A DNA stretch of 63,787 nt, filler included, from an uncultured Methanosarcinales archaeon (GCA_964405295.1; 3 parts of 2 records of this genome joined end to end with filler, not necessarily neighbours in it); one strand, 5' to 3'; numbered from the whole stretch's first letter, positions 1 to 11,010 are shown. Translations and numbers: made by a program. Notes: a model not told the origin generated them from the sequence alone.

Positions 1-54
1 TTTAAACTTTGCTTCAGCATCTTCTGCTTTGTTTATGTCTGGATGATATTTTTT
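1..54 (-). pseudogene. J-domain (DnaJ-like) fragment running off the window edge
   Basis: Minus strand reads KKYHPDINKAEDAEAKFK (HPD motif). An in-frame TAA lies directly upstream and the N-terminal half of the J-domain is absent. Confidence 0.55.
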
Positions 55-104
55 TTATTTCTATTAACAACCTTTAAAAACAATTAAGTCAAATTTATCT
101 ATAT

Positions 105-620
105 ATGGCATCTAAAAATAAAAAAGCTGCATCTTTTTTCATATTTGATGCAGTCATAGCTGCAGTCATTTTCTTTGTTTCAGTTTCATTAATTCTTACT
201 TCCATAGGTTCTTCACCAGAAGTGCAATCAATAAGGGTTTATGGTGAAGACTTGATTCAGTATTATATGACCACCCCTATTGGTGCAGTTATAGATGAAA
301 GTATTACTAATATGACTCTTAATGGAACAATAGATGATCCATCAAATACCCTTTTAGAGCAGATAATGATTTTCTATTATTATGATGAGGATTCTTCGAA
401 CTCAAAATTTATTTCAATAGTTTCTGATGTGAAAATTCCTCCAAAATTTAGTTTTAATATTTCAATAACTAATACAACTACAACAGAGGTTATTTATTCA
501 AGGCAGGATAATTATGATGATTATACTAGTTTTACAAAAGTTAGAAGACTTGGTATGGCAAGGTTAAAAGATGGAACATTATATGGCCCGTTAATTGTTA
601 CAGTTTCAATGTGGTATTAA
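105..620 (+). CDS. Pilin-like protein with class III-type signal
   Basis: KNKKA/ASFFIFD followed by a hydrophobic helix; same pattern as the small ORFs at 38056-38969. Confidence 0.65.
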   Translation: MASKNKKAASFFIFDAVIAAVIFFVSVSLILTSIGSSPEVQSIRVYGEDLIQYYMTTPIGAVIDESITNMTLNGTIDDPSNTLLEQIMIFYYYDEDSSNSKFISIVSDVKIPPKFSFNISITNTTTTEVIYSRQDNYDDYTSFTKVRRLGMARLKDGTLYGPLIVTVSMWY

Positions 621-1632
621 TATGATAAATAAACTTAAAAAAAATAATAAGGCTGTTATTTTTACATTATTAGCACTTATTTTGTCGGCCATGTTTATAT
701 TAATACTTACTGCTGGAAGATCAAATCGTATTGATAACAAGATTGAGTTATCAAAAACAAGATCAAGTCTTTTTATGGATTATCATGAATCTTTTTATGC
801 ATATGCAAATTATGCTTTAGAAGTTTCTGCAAAAGCATGTTTTAGGTCAATAGGTGAGTATTTAATTTATGAGGGGGTTTTCTATGATACTGAACAAGAT
901 TTTTTAGATGATGTCATTGAATGTATGAATTCTTCTAACTCTACTGAGTTCAATGTTCATTTGCTCCCATCAGAGAATTTAACTATTCCAGTATTGTTAG
1001 ATCAATTCATTAATTTAACTGAAGAGGATTATGGAATTAATACTAAATACACTATTACAGATATCAACTTTTCAGGGATTTCTCCAGATAGGTTAACTAT
1101 TAATGCGGATATTATTTCTACAATAAATGATTCCTATATCACTTTAAATCTTCCTAAGTCAGAACTAATGACCGATTTTAATCTAATAGGGACTATTGAT
1201 CCATATTATACAACCAATCTTAATGTTAATTATGAAAATCCTAAGATAATAACTAGAGTTAGTGCTATAGGTGTAAATATGGAGGATTTAAAAGAGCTTG
1301 ATTTTGAAGATTTTATTAGTAAGGTAGATTATTTAGAGTATTCGCCTATTGGAATACCTTTTACAAGCAGGTTCTTTAATGGTTCAAGCACTTCATCTGA
1401 TGGACTAATTCAGATAATTAATAATTCTAATGTAATTGATGAAGGAGTTCGTAATCAATCATCTTGGATTGATGTTCATGTTATTAATGGGACTATTTTT
1501 AATTGTCAAGATCTTCGTTGTAAGTCAGGTGCTTGTGATATAAACGATTTTGCAATTGATTTTACGTTGTTTGTGGCTTTAAGAGATAGATACAATTTAA
1601 GCACTACTGGTTGGCACGCTAAGTGTAATTAA
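595..1632 (+). CDS. Pilin-like surface protein (probable start 622)
   Basis: KKNNKA/VIFTL plus hydrophobic helix, several N-x-S/T sequons. Confidence 0.6.
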   Translation: MLQFQCGINMINKLKKNNKAVIFTLLALILSAMFILILTAGRSNRIDNKIELSKTRSSLFMDYHESFYAYANYALEVSAKACFRSIGEYLIYEGVFYDTEQDFLDDVIECMNSSNSTEFNVHLLPSENLTIPVLLDQFINLTEEDYGINTKYTITDINFSGISPDRLTINADIISTINDSYITLNLPKSELMTDFNLIGTIDPYYTTNLNVNYENPKIITRVSAIGVNMEDLKELDFEDFISKVDYLEYSPIGIPFTSRFFNGSSTSSDGLIQIINNSNVIDEGVRNQSSWIDVHVINGTIFNCQDLRCKSGACDINDFAIDFTLFVALRDRYNLSTTGWHAKCN

Positions 1633-1633
1633 A

Positions 1634-2092
1634 ATGGCAAAAATATCAATAGATACACCTTTATTTGAATTAACACTAAGAAAATATGAGAAACCTCAAT
1701 TTCTTAACGAAAGAGAACTAGTTAGAAAACTTTGTTTGTCACTTGGGGTTTTGCAGCCAGGTGATTCGCGAGATGTAATAGTAGATATACTCTATGTTCT
1801 ATTAAAAAACAAAAAGGAAATGAGTAGTAAAGAAATAGAAGATCAAACAATAGGTTTTAGAAAAGATAATAATTTGCCTCTAAAAGGTATTGCTTCTAGT
1901 AATATTCGTAGGCAATTATCCAGACTAAGAGACCTATTTCTAATAGAAAAACTTGCAAACACTTACAGGGTAAAAGAAAATAGTTCTCTATCAGAGCTAT
2001 TCTCAGAAAATCTTGAAAAGTATTATCTTAAATCTATACTTGAAAGAGTAAAAGATTATTTGAAAGAAGTTGATAAAAGATTTGGGTTGTAG
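1634..2092 (+). CDS. Winged-helix-like conserved hypothetical protein
   Basis: Helical pattern SSNIRRQLSRLRDLFLIEK...YRV resembling a wHTH recognition helix and wing. Confidence 0.5.
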   Translation: MAKISIDTPLFELTLRKYEKPQFLNERELVRKLCLSLGVLQPGDSRDVIVDILYVLLKNKKEMSSKEIEDQTIGFRKDNNLPLKGIASSNIRRQLSRLRDLFLIEKLANTYRVKENSSLSELFSENLEKYYLKSILERVKDYLKEVDKRFGL

Positions 2093-3245
2093 AATGGTTT
2101 ATCTCCCTGAAGAAGATTCATATCTTCTAATAAGTGCAATAAGAAAACATCTAAAGTCAAAAAACGAGACTATTTTAGAGATGGGTGCAGGTTCAGGAGT
2201 TGTTAGCATTTATTTATCTGATTATGTTTCTAAAATTTATGCAGTTGATATTGATAAAGAAGCAATAACTTATGCTAGAGAAGAGATAAGAAAAGCCAGT
2301 TCTAGACGAGAAAAACCAATAAAGAATATTCATTTGATTAACAGTGATTTATTTTCTAGTGTGGGAAAAGAATTGAGATTTGATTTAATAGTGTTTAATC
2401 CACCGTATCTTCCTAACGAGAAAAAGATAGAAAATGATATTGCACTTAACGGCGGGCCAGAAGGAAATGAAATCATAATTAAATTTCTTGAACAGGCAAA
2501 AGATTATCTAAATATTAATGGAGAAATACTATTATTATTCTCTTCGTTTAGTAAAAGAAATAAAATTCTGAAGAAGGCAAAAGAATTGGGTTATAAAGCT
2601 AAATTATTAAGTAAAAAAACAATCTTTTTTGAAAAATTATATGTTTATAGTTTTAAACCAAAAGAATATCTGTTAGCACAAGGTCATAGAGGAAGGGTGT
2701 ATATTTTCAACAAAGGAAAGTATATTAGAAAAGCCCCGATTAATTCCTCAAAAGATTCAATTAATATAGAAAATGAAGCAAAGTTCAACAAACTATTAAA
2801 CAAATACAAGATTGCACCAAAATTTATCTCTTATGATAAAAAAACAGATTCTTTAACTAGGGAATTTATTGAAGGAGAGCGGATTAATGATTATTTTATT
2901 GTCCACGATAAGAAAGAAATAATCTCTATAATCAAGAAAGTTTTTGTTCAACTACTAAAAATGGATGAGTTAAAGATAAATAAGTTTGAAATGACTAATC
3001 CTTACAAACACATAGTTATAGATAAGAAGCATAATCCTTACTTGATAGACTTTGAAAGATGCAGGTTCACAGAGCAACCAAAGAATGTAACACAGTTTTT
3101 GCAATATCTAACTTCTGGCAACATCACTGCACTATTTAAGAAAAAGAAGATAAAAATAAATAAAAATAAGGTTGTGCAGTTGTCTAAAGATTACAAAAAT
3201 AGTTATGATAAAGAGTTAATAGTGAAGTTTATGGAGAAATTATAA
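2070..3245 (+). CDS. HemK/PrmC-like SAM methyltransferase fused to a RIO/Bud32-like kinase domain (probable start 2094)
   Basis: VYLPEEDS, LEMGAGSG and FNPPY motifs, then GHRGRVY, NEA, EFIEG and LIDFE kinase-like motifs. Confidence 0.8.
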   Translation: MIKDLGCRMVYLPEEDSYLLISAIRKHLKSKNETILEMGAGSGVVSIYLSDYVSKIYAVDIDKEAITYAREEIRKASSRREKPIKNIHLINSDLFSSVGKELRFDLIVFNPPYLPNEKKIENDIALNGGPEGNEIIIKFLEQAKDYLNINGEILLLFSSFSKRNKILKKAKELGYKAKLLSKKTIFFEKLYVYSFKPKEYLLAQGHRGRVYIFNKGKYIRKAPINSSKDSINIENEAKFNKLLNKYKIAPKFISYDKKTDSLTREFIEGERINDYFIVHDKKEIISIIKKVFVQLLKMDELKINKFEMTNPYKHIVIDKKHNPYLIDFERCRFTEQPKNVTQFLQYLTSGNITALFKKKKIKINKNKVVQLSKDYKNSYDKELIVKFMEKL

Positions 3246-3815
3246 TTTTTTAACCAATTCTTTAGTCGTAATCAGTGGACCAATCATTAATTTAAATCGG
3301 TCTAGAGTATTTTTATTCCATCCTCCACTAACTAAATCTTTTCTAGGGCTGCCTGCTGCATCTGTAACTAGGTATGGTTGAATACCTCTCATAGTTGCGC
3401 CTGCACCACTGAAATAAACACAACATCCAGAATAAACACCACTAAGATAAATTTCATCTATCTTTTTCTTTTTGCAATATTTTTCAAGATCAGTATAAAG
3501 GAACATATCATAAACAGGTTTCCTTAGAAGTTTAGTTCTTTTTGCTTTTTCTATTCTAGAATCTAATTTATCAAGGCCTTTCTTTGCATTTTCTTTATCT
3601 TCATTGCCCCAAAGTTTTAGCATTACCGGGTTTTTCTTTTTTGTAGGCTTTCCTGTAACAATAATAACTGGCAATTTATGTTTATTAAACTCATCAATAA
3701 GAATTAATTGATTTTTAATAATGCCTTCATAATTATTAGTATCTGCTTTTGCAGCTTTAATCATATCAATTATAAATAATGCTTTAACCATTTTAATCCT
3801 CCTGGAATTTATCAA
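3240..3815 (-). CDS. Isochorismatase-family cysteine hydrolase
   Basis: ALFIIDM, K..YDMF, GVYSGCCV and LVTDA motifs. Confidence 0.75.
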   Translation of the reverse strand: MINSRRIKMVKALFIIDMIKAAKADTNNYEGIIKNQLILIDEFNKHKLPVIIVTGKPTKKKNPVMLKLWGNEDKENAKKGLDKLDSRIEKAKRTKLLRKPVYDMFLYTDLEKYCKKKKIDEIYLSGVYSGCCVYFSGAGATMRGIQPYLVTDAAGSPRKDLVSGGWNKNTLDRFKLMIGPLITTKELVKKL

Positions 3816-4563
3816 GAATCTTTCTCATCTTAGCAAGATCGCCAAAGGTGTCTGTAGATTCATTGATAATCGTTACATTCTTATCTTGTGCAATCAACTC
3901 TTTTAAAACCTTTTCAAACTCTAAAGGATCGATTTGAATATGTCTTCTCTCTCCTTTATCACTATATTCAATTCCTGAAAAGTGCGCATGGAATGTTTTA
4001 GGCAACATGGAGATAAGTTTTTTATAATTTGGTTTTCCAAGATTCCTGGCAAAATAATGTGCAAAATCAATAGTCATAGAAAGACCTTTAATTTCTTTAT
4101 TCAACCTAACTAATTCTTCTGGCGTTCCAAATTGTGAATGTTTACCCATTAATTCAGGTGCAAGCTTAATTTTAAGTCCCTCTTCGTTGAGCTGATCTTG
4201 CATTTCTGAGATTTCATGTGAAATTATTTCATAAACTATTTCAGGTTCTCTTTTCATATAAAAACCTGGATGAAAACAAACAAATTTTGCACCAATCTCT
4301 TCACCAACCCTTGCACTTCTAATGATTCTTTGCTTGCTTGCAACAATCTTTTCAGGTTCTAAACTTGCAAGATTAACATAGTAGGGTGCATGAACACTTA
4401 ATTGAATATGATTGGTGAGTGCTGCGTTCTTCACTTCTTCTATTTTCTCTTTTTTTCTAAGATAAACTTGTCTAACAAATTCTACTTCTGCGCACTTCAT
4501 TCTATTTTCTTTTAGAAATCCTGCAATCTCTGTATTGAATCCTGCTGAGCCAATCTTTATCAT
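3793..4563 (-). CDS. nfo: Endonuclease IV-like TIM-barrel protein
   Basis: SVHAPYYVNL, FHPGF, PELMGK..QFG, IDFAH, HAHFSGI motifs. Confidence 0.8.
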   Translation of the reverse strand: MIKIGSAGFNTEIAGFLKENRMKCAEVEFVRQVYLRKKEKIEEVKNAALTNHIQLSVHAPYYVNLASLEPEKIVASKQRIIRSARVGEEIGAKFVCFHPGFYMKREPEIVYEIISHEISEMQDQLNEEGLKIKLAPELMGKHSQFGTPEELVRLNKEIKGLSMTIDFAHYFARNLGKPNYKKLISMLPKTFHAHFSGIEYSDKGERRHIQIDPLEFEKVLKELIAQDKNVTIINESTDTFGDLAKMRKILDKFQED

Positions 4564-4657
4564 TTTCTATAATAACAATTAAGCTTTTTATTAATTTTGT
4601 GAATAAGTGTTATTAAATCAATCAGTTTTTTAAAACATGAAACGTTCTTAGTTTAAA

Positions 4658-5398
4658 ATGGTAAAACAAAACGTAAATATCAATCAAAATGTCGCAATTC
4701 TTTGTGATGGTAATAATATTGAGTTAAGTATTCATTCTGAAGCTGATAATAAAAATACTATGATTAATTTTGATACTTTAATTCCAAAGTTATTAAGTGG
4801 CCGGGGATTAAATCGACTTATCTATTTTAGAGAAGGAAAGGCAATATCTGGTAAGTTGGCAGAAAGATTACATCAGCAGTTCTATGGTTCTGTAATCCCA
4901 TGTCACAAAACTGCAGATATTCCTCTATCTATCAAGGCAACACAGCTTGCTTCAAAAGTAGATACAATAATCATTATGTCTGGTGATTCTGATTACATTG
5001 AATTAGTAAGACACCTTAAAGCAGAAGGTGTAAGGGTTGAGATTGCAGCAGTAAGGGCAACAACATCTTCAATGTTAATCAGAGAGGCAGATTATTTTCA
5101 TCCTATTACTAAAGAAGATTGGTTTGTTTATAATTCTAATCCTAGAAACAATACTAAAAGGAATCATGTTCATAAGCAAACTCTAAAAGTGACTGGCGGA
5201 AAACAACTTCCTCAAAAGCCTGTTTTGATAGATAATAAAATAACTATTGAGCCTCCTAAATTACGAAGTGGTTCAATTACAAAGATTGAAGTTAAGAAGC
5301 CTATTAATAAAGTTCCAATAAAAAAGACTTTAATAAAAAAAGCTACAAAACCAAAAGGTCTTGTCTCAAAATTGAGAAGTAAGATTAAAAAGAGATAG
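4658..5398 (+). CDS. NYN (LabA/DUF88) PIN-like domain protein with basic tail
   Basis: ILCDGNN, KTADI, MSGDSDY, GVRVEI and ADYF motifs. Confidence 0.85.
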   Translation: MVKQNVNINQNVAILCDGNNIELSIHSEADNKNTMINFDTLIPKLLSGRGLNRLIYFREGKAISGKLAERLHQQFYGSVIPCHKTADIPLSIKATQLASKVDTIIIMSGDSDYIELVRHLKAEGVRVEIAAVRATTSSMLIREADYFHPITKEDWFVYNSNPRNNTKRNHVHKQTLKVTGGKQLPQKPVLIDNKITIEPPKLRSGSITKIEVKKPINKVPIKKTLIKKATKPKGLVSKLRSKIKKR

Positions 5399-5476
5399 TT
5401 AGAATATTTTATCTGAATATAATTGAATTTTATTTTGAAGGTCTTTTCTGGAGATTAACTCAAGTTATATTCCATT

Positions 5477-7894
5477 TTAGAAACTAACTGCAAACTCTCC
5501 ATCTGCAAATTCAATATCTTTTATCTTTGCAGTTGACTTAATATCACTAAGAACTAAATCTAATAATTTCTTTTCTTCTGCATTGCAGGTAATTGTAACT
5601 TTTGCAAGTTCTTCTTTAAGAGAAAGTTTATTTGTAGATTTATGTTTTCTTGCAGCACCAATAACTCTAACAGCTAAGTCTCCTGCTAAAATAATTGTAT
5701 CATCTGCAATCTTTAACTCTGTAGGCCAATCACAAATGTGAATGCTCTCTTTTTTTTCAAACTTCTTAAAATATAATTGGTAGATTTCTTCAGTAATAAA
5801 TGGGATAATCGGTGCAAGCATTTTATGCACTCCCAATAATACTGTATACAAAGTATATTTTCCACTTGCAATTTCTTCTACAGAATAATTATCCGGATTA
5901 AAAAATCTATCTTTAACAATTTCTAAGTAATAATCACAGAAAGTATTCCAGAAGAAGTTATCTACTTCAAACTTTCCTTTGGAAAAGTGGTAATCATTCC
6001 AGTGTTTAGTTGATTCTTTAATAATTGTATTAAACTTCAGCATTAGCCATTTATCTATTGCAGTCAATTTCTCGAATGCAACTTCTTCAATCTTATCATT
6101 ACCAATATTCATTATTACAAACTTAGAAGCATTCCATAATTTTGTAACTGTTTTTTGTCCTGTAACAACTTCTTTCTCTGGGAAAGCTAGGTCTTCACCA
6201 AGAGTGCAAGAACCGGCCATATATCTTAGTGCATCAGAACAATATTTCTCAATCATGTTTCCAGGGTCAATAACATTGCCCTTAGACTTTGACATTTTTT
6301 TACCTTTTGGGTCAAGCATCCAACCATTAATGAATGCAACATCCCAAGGCTTCATTTTGAAATGCAAATTGCTTTTTACAACAGTATTAAATAACCAGAA
6401 ACTAATAATATCATGGCCTTGAGGCCTAAAACTCATAGGATTCTTAATCAAGCTTTCATAAACTGGTTTATCTTTAAATAATTCTTTAACAATTGTAGGA
6501 GTAAGAGATGATGTTGCCCAGGTATTAATAATATCTTTTTCAGGAATAAACTCAGAACAACCGCATTTAGGGCATTTACTAACAGGGCACTTGTCAACTG
6601 TTGGGTCAACAGGTAAATCTTTTTCTTCTGCGACTATAATTTCATCACAATCTTTGCAATACCAAACAGGAAAGGGGATTCCAAAATTTATTTGCCTTGA
6701 TATGCACCAATCCCATGCAAGACCATTAACCCAGTTATCATATCTATTTTTCATGTGTTTTGGTTTCCACGTAAAATTATTACCCCATTCTAGCATTTCT
6801 TTTTTTAGATCTAGGTATTTGATAAACCATTGTTTTGAATGAATAAATTCAATAGGGGTTCCACATCTCTCGTGGACATTAACTGCATGAATAATATCTT
6901 CTTGTTTAACTAGAAGTTTTTCTTTTTTCATATCTTCTATTATTTTTTTTCTTGCTTCAATTATTTTCATGCCAGCATATTTGTTTGCAATCTCCGTCAT
7001 TTTACCGTACTTGCCAATTGCTTCTTTAATAGGAAGTTTATGTGCTTTTTGCCATTCCATATCTGTTTGATCACCAAAAGTGCAACACATAACAAGACCT
7101 GTTCCTTTTTCAGGATCTGCCTTTTTATCCTCTAGAATTGGAACTTCAAAATTAAATAAAGGAACTTTTGCTTTTTTGCCTTTAAGGTTTTGGTATCGTT
7201 TATCATCTGGGTGATAGAAAACTGCTACACATGCAGGTAATAATTCAGGACGAGTTGTTGCAATAATTAAATCTTTACCTTCAGATTTGAAAACAATATC
7301 ATTGAAATGAGATTTAATATCTTCATCTTTACACTCAACTTGAGAAATCGCAGTTTGACACTTAGGGCAAAACATTGCAGCTGCTTCTGTTCTATATTCT
7401 CTTCCTTGTTTATATAAATCGATAAAAGATTTTTGTGAAACTTTTTGTGAATGATCATCCATTGTGGAGTACCTTACATCAAAATCACAACTAATTCCTA
7501 TTCTTTTCCAATCATTTAGGTATACAGGTGTTAACTCTTTTTCTAACGTATCTAGACATAATTTTCTAAATTCTCCACGAGGCATATCCCTTGCTCTAAC
7601 TTTTTTTAGTTTTTGAATTAATAATTCTGTCGGTAAACCATTGTCATCTGTTCCAAATGGTTGAAGAACATTAAAGCCCTGCATTCTTTTGAATCTTGCA
7701 ATAAAATCTTGTTGAGAATTTCCAAAAACATGTCCCATGTGCATTTTTCCAGAGATTGTTGTTGGAGGAGTATCTATTGAGAAGATTTCTTTATCTGTAT
7801 TATTTGAGTCAAATGCAAATATTTTTTTATCGTCCCAGAACTTTTGCCATTTTGGCTCAGATTCTTTAGGATTATATTTCTTGGGAATATCCAT
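5477..7894 (-). CDS. valS: Valine--tRNA ligase (archaeal type)
   Basis: IDTPP, HMGH, GTGLVMCCTFGD, WCISRQ and KMSKS motifs; 805 aa. Confidence 0.95.
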   Translation of the reverse strand: MDIPKKYNPKESEPKWQKFWDDKKIFAFDSNNTDKEIFSIDTPPTTISGKMHMGHVFGNSQQDFIARFKRMQGFNVLQPFGTDDNGLPTELLIQKLKKVRARDMPRGEFRKLCLDTLEKELTPVYLNDWKRIGISCDFDVRYSTMDDHSQKVSQKSFIDLYKQGREYRTEAAAMFCPKCQTAISQVECKDEDIKSHFNDIVFKSEGKDLIIATTRPELLPACVAVFYHPDDKRYQNLKGKKAKVPLFNFEVPILEDKKADPEKGTGLVMCCTFGDQTDMEWQKAHKLPIKEAIGKYGKMTEIANKYAGMKIIEARKKIIEDMKKEKLLVKQEDIIHAVNVHERCGTPIEFIHSKQWFIKYLDLKKEMLEWGNNFTWKPKHMKNRYDNWVNGLAWDWCISRQINFGIPFPVWYCKDCDEIIVAEEKDLPVDPTVDKCPVSKCPKCGCSEFIPEKDIINTWATSSLTPTIVKELFKDKPVYESLIKNPMSFRPQGHDIISFWLFNTVVKSNLHFKMKPWDVAFINGWMLDPKGKKMSKSKGNVIDPGNMIEKYCSDALRYMAGSCTLGEDLAFPEKEVVTGQKTVTKLWNASKFVIMNIGNDKIEEVAFEKLTAIDKWLMLKFNTIIKESTKHWNDYHFSKGKFEVDNFFWNTFCDYYLEIVKDRFFNPDNYSVEEIASGKYTLYTVLLGVHKMLAPIIPFITEEIYQLYFKKFEKKESIHICDWPTELKIADDTIILAGDLAVRVIGAARKHKSTNKLSLKEELAKVTITCNAEEKKLLDLVLSDIKSTAKIKDIEFADGEFAVSF

Positions 7895-7989
7895 TTTTAT
7901 TTATTATAAATGGCTGCTCAAAAATCTGTTTTGATTTTTGTCGGTTCCATTTTTCTATACTCTTTGGAAACTAATTTTATTTATAAACT

Positions 7990-9426
7990 TTATTCCTCAA
8001 TTTTGCCTGTGTAATGGTATATAAATGATTCTTCAGTGTTATTTAATCTGGTAAACATGTTGCTTTGTGTTAGTAATAATAGAATTCCTTCGTCTGCTCT
8101 TGTCCATCTATTATTAAGTGTTTCTTTGGAAATAAATACTGTTGAAATATTGTTATCAAAAAGGAAATCTTCCATAACTTTTAAATTACTGTTTTCAAGT
8201 ATTGTTTCGGTTTCATTTAATTTTTTAAGGTGATCGATTTTGTTTGTATATTGATCACTAGAATAATAAACATTAAGATTTGAATATAGTTTTATTATTT
8301 CACAGTCTTTAAATTCGCAAAATATGGTATCTATTTCATTTACATTAGAAAAGTTTTCTAAGACTCCTACGTCTTGTGCAAGAGTGTTTGATGGCCCAGA
8401 TTCAATTAATGATTGGCTAAAGCTTATTGAGTTAAATACAAATAATAGTATTAATAAAAATATGGCTGGTTTTTTTAGTGCTTTAACAAACCATTTTCTT
8501 ATAATTATGTATCTTATTCCCATTGCTGCAAGAATAATTGTTGACATCATAGATATAAATCCAATAAAAAAGTTTGTCCAGCTTAATACAAGTAGTGCAA
8601 TAAATATGGCAATGAGTTTGCTATTTTTTATATCAGTAAATAATGCAAACAGTGCAAGAGCAAGACAAATAATAGGGATGTTGTATAGTGAATTTAGCCC
8701 TGCCACCCACCAGGAGTAGTTTATCTCTGGCAAGAAAGGGGTTAGTGCTATTACTTCTAACAAATATAATAAACAAAAAACAATAAGTGGAATAATTATA
8801 TTTAATTTAATGAATTTACTCAATTTTAAACTTTTTATTTCTTCAATTTGATTAATATTTTTGTTTATTATAAATAATACGATTGCAATTACAAGATTTG
8901 CAATAGCTATTTCTATATTTACGAACATTCCAATAATTATCGGAATAAATATTAATGTTGGTTTTTTTAATGAGAATAAAACAGTCCATAACACAAGGCT
9001 AATTATGATTGGTAAATAGTTAAATGTTGAAAATGATGCTATGAAAATATTAGTTAAGATAAACATTGTATTTGCTATAATTTTGTCTGTATTTCTTTTT
9101 AGTAAAAAGTTGCTTATTCTATTAAAAAGTAAGATATTTATGATGCCGAATATGAAAAGTGAGATAAATATTGTTAATTCTTGACCAAATATAAAACTGA
9201 ATTCAATAATTATCTCATAGAATAAGTTCGTTCCTTTGACGTTATTAAAGCTATTATAATTATTAAATTCATTAAGAAACATGTTGCTTTCAGATGTGGG
9301 AAAGTGGCTGCTAATGTTTGTTCTAACAATGTTTACACCTAAAAATAATAATATAAATATTATTATACTAATTATGTTTTTGTATTTTCCTATTGTATTA
9401 AATAAATTTAGTTTATTCTTTTTCAT
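7990..9426 (-). CDS. Polytopic membrane protein, GT-C (STT3/ArnT-like) architecture
   Basis: Many TM segments followed by a soluble C-terminal domain; tandem with a similar ORF. Confidence 0.5.
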   Translation of the reverse strand: MKKNKLNLFNTIGKYKNIISIIIFILLFLGVNIVRTNISSHFPTSESNMFLNEFNNYNSFNNVKGTNLFYEIIIEFSFIFGQELTIFISLFIFGIINILLFNRISNFLLKRNTDKIIANTMFILTNIFIASFSTFNYLPIIISLVLWTVLFSLKKPTLIFIPIIIGMFVNIEIAIANLVIAIVLFIINKNINQIEEIKSLKLSKFIKLNIIIPLIVFCLLYLLEVIALTPFLPEINYSWWVAGLNSLYNIPIICLALALFALFTDIKNSKLIAIFIALLVLSWTNFFIGFISMMSTIILAAMGIRYIIIRKWFVKALKKPAIFLLILLFVFNSISFSQSLIESGPSNTLAQDVGVLENFSNVNEIDTIFCEFKDCEIIKLYSNLNVYYSSDQYTNKIDHLKKLNETETILENSNLKVMEDFLFDNNISTVFISKETLNNRWTRADEGILLLLTQSNMFTRLNNTEESFIYHYTGKIEE

Positions 9427-10927
9427 CTTCTTCGAATATTTCTTTGTTTATTTCGTTCTCTTTCTCTATGGTACATAGTCTTTTGTATATTTTGCTTTCA
9501 TCGTCATAAACTTTATCGTAGCATTTGCTTTCGAAGTTTAATTTTTGCGATTCTTTTAGTTCTTGAAAACTTTTTTCAGATAAAAATATGTAATCAATTT
9601 TGTATAATGATAAAATCCTTATCTGTTCGGCGCTTAGTGTTAGTGAGAAGAATTTATTATTATCTTCTATTTTGCTTCTAAAATTTATATTCTGATTATT
9701 ACTATCTAATATATTTTTCATTCCAGAAAAGTATGACACTGCATAAATCTCGTCAACTACGCTAATAATTATTGACTCTTTTTCTATATTTTCTTTTGCC
9801 CACGATAACGCATTAATATCTTTTTCTGTTAAGCTACTATGTGTTTCAATAAGTGAATTGGTTATTGATGGTATCATTGATGTTATTATAAATATTAAAA
9901 GTATTATGTATAAAAGTATAGTATATGCTTTAGGTGTTTTGCTCATCTCAAAAAAGCTTTTAAATTCTTTAAGGGCAATTGCAGAGCAGATTGTGAGTCC
10001 AAGGCCTATAAGTGCTAATGTAAAATTTTGTTCTACAATATTAAATATTAAGAATATTACTGAAGTAATTATGAAACTTAAAATAAAGATAACTCTTCTA
10101 TTTGGTTTTTTGGTAATTATATAATATATCCCAATTATCCCAAGCAGTATTGGGATTATGCCTATTAATGATAGTGATTCAATACCAATTAGTTTTTGTG
10201 TATTGCTAACAACAGGGTGCAAAAAGAACAAGAATCCTTTCTCCATTATAGCTTGTTTATATATTATTACATATATCCATCCTCCCAGGATAAGTGAGAA
10301 TATAAATGTCTCTACTTCGCTCATGAAAATCTTCATCTTTTCTGCTGAAAGCATTATAAAATAAACAATAAATGTTGCAATAAGAATTAGTGATAATGGG
10401 CTAATTAGGATAAGTATTATTAATGAAACAATAAAGTGTCTTATGAATTTTTGATTGTTCATACTTTTTGTAAAAAACAAGATGGTTAATAGGTACATAA
10501 AAAGGCTTATTCCTGTGCTGGAAAAATTATTTGTTAAACTTTTAAATATTATTGGTATAAATCCTGAAAAGAATGCAGCTAAAAGAGATGCTTTTTTATC
10601 TCTTGTTAATTCCAAAGTGATATGATAGATTAGTATCGTTATCGAACTTAGAACAACTGCAATAATTATTTTTGCAGCTATTTGTAGGTTAATAAATATT
10701 CCAAAAAATGCTAATATATAATCAACAATGGGGATTGCAGCATTATCATAAAAATAGTTTTGCATTGCCGGAGCCCCAGTTATCAGTATGTCTTTTGCTT
10801 GTTGCAGATGGAAGTAAGATCCTTGGTTTAATGTTTGTGTTTGAAAAGAGATTATTAGTTTTATAAATAAGACAATTAGGAATATTACTATCAATGCAAT
10901 TTTAATGTTTTTGCTCTCTTTTGACAT
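9413..10927 (-). CDS. Polytopic membrane protein, GT-C (STT3/ArnT-like) architecture
   Basis: SYFHL after TM1, many TMs, C-terminal ALSWAKEN...YKIDYIFL domain. Confidence 0.6.
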   Translation of the reverse strand: MSKESKNIKIALIVIFLIVLFIKLIISFQTQTLNQGSYFHLQQAKDILITGAPAMQNYFYDNAAIPIVDYILAFFGIFINLQIAAKIIIAVVLSSITILIYHITLELTRDKKASLLAAFFSGFIPIIFKSLTNNFSSTGISLFMYLLTILFFTKSMNNQKFIRHFIVSLIILILISPLSLILIATFIVYFIMLSAEKMKIFMSEVETFIFSLILGGWIYVIIYKQAIMEKGFLFFLHPVVSNTQKLIGIESLSLIGIIPILLGIIGIYYIITKKPNRRVIFILSFIITSVIFLIFNIVEQNFTLALIGLGLTICSAIALKEFKSFFEMSKTPKAYTILLYIILLIFIITSMIPSITNSLIETHSSLTEKDINALSWAKENIEKESIIISVVDEIYAVSYFSGMKNILDSNNQNINFRSKIEDNNKFFSLTLSAEQIRILSLYKIDYIFLSEKSFQELKESQKLNFESKCYDKVYDDESKIYKRLCTIEKENEINKEIFEEDEKE

Positions 10928-11010
10928 TAAGATATTTAGTTAATGAGAATTTAAAAACTTTTATATATGCTTTACATCTATAATATATAAAAAGGGTGTG
11001 AATATTACAA

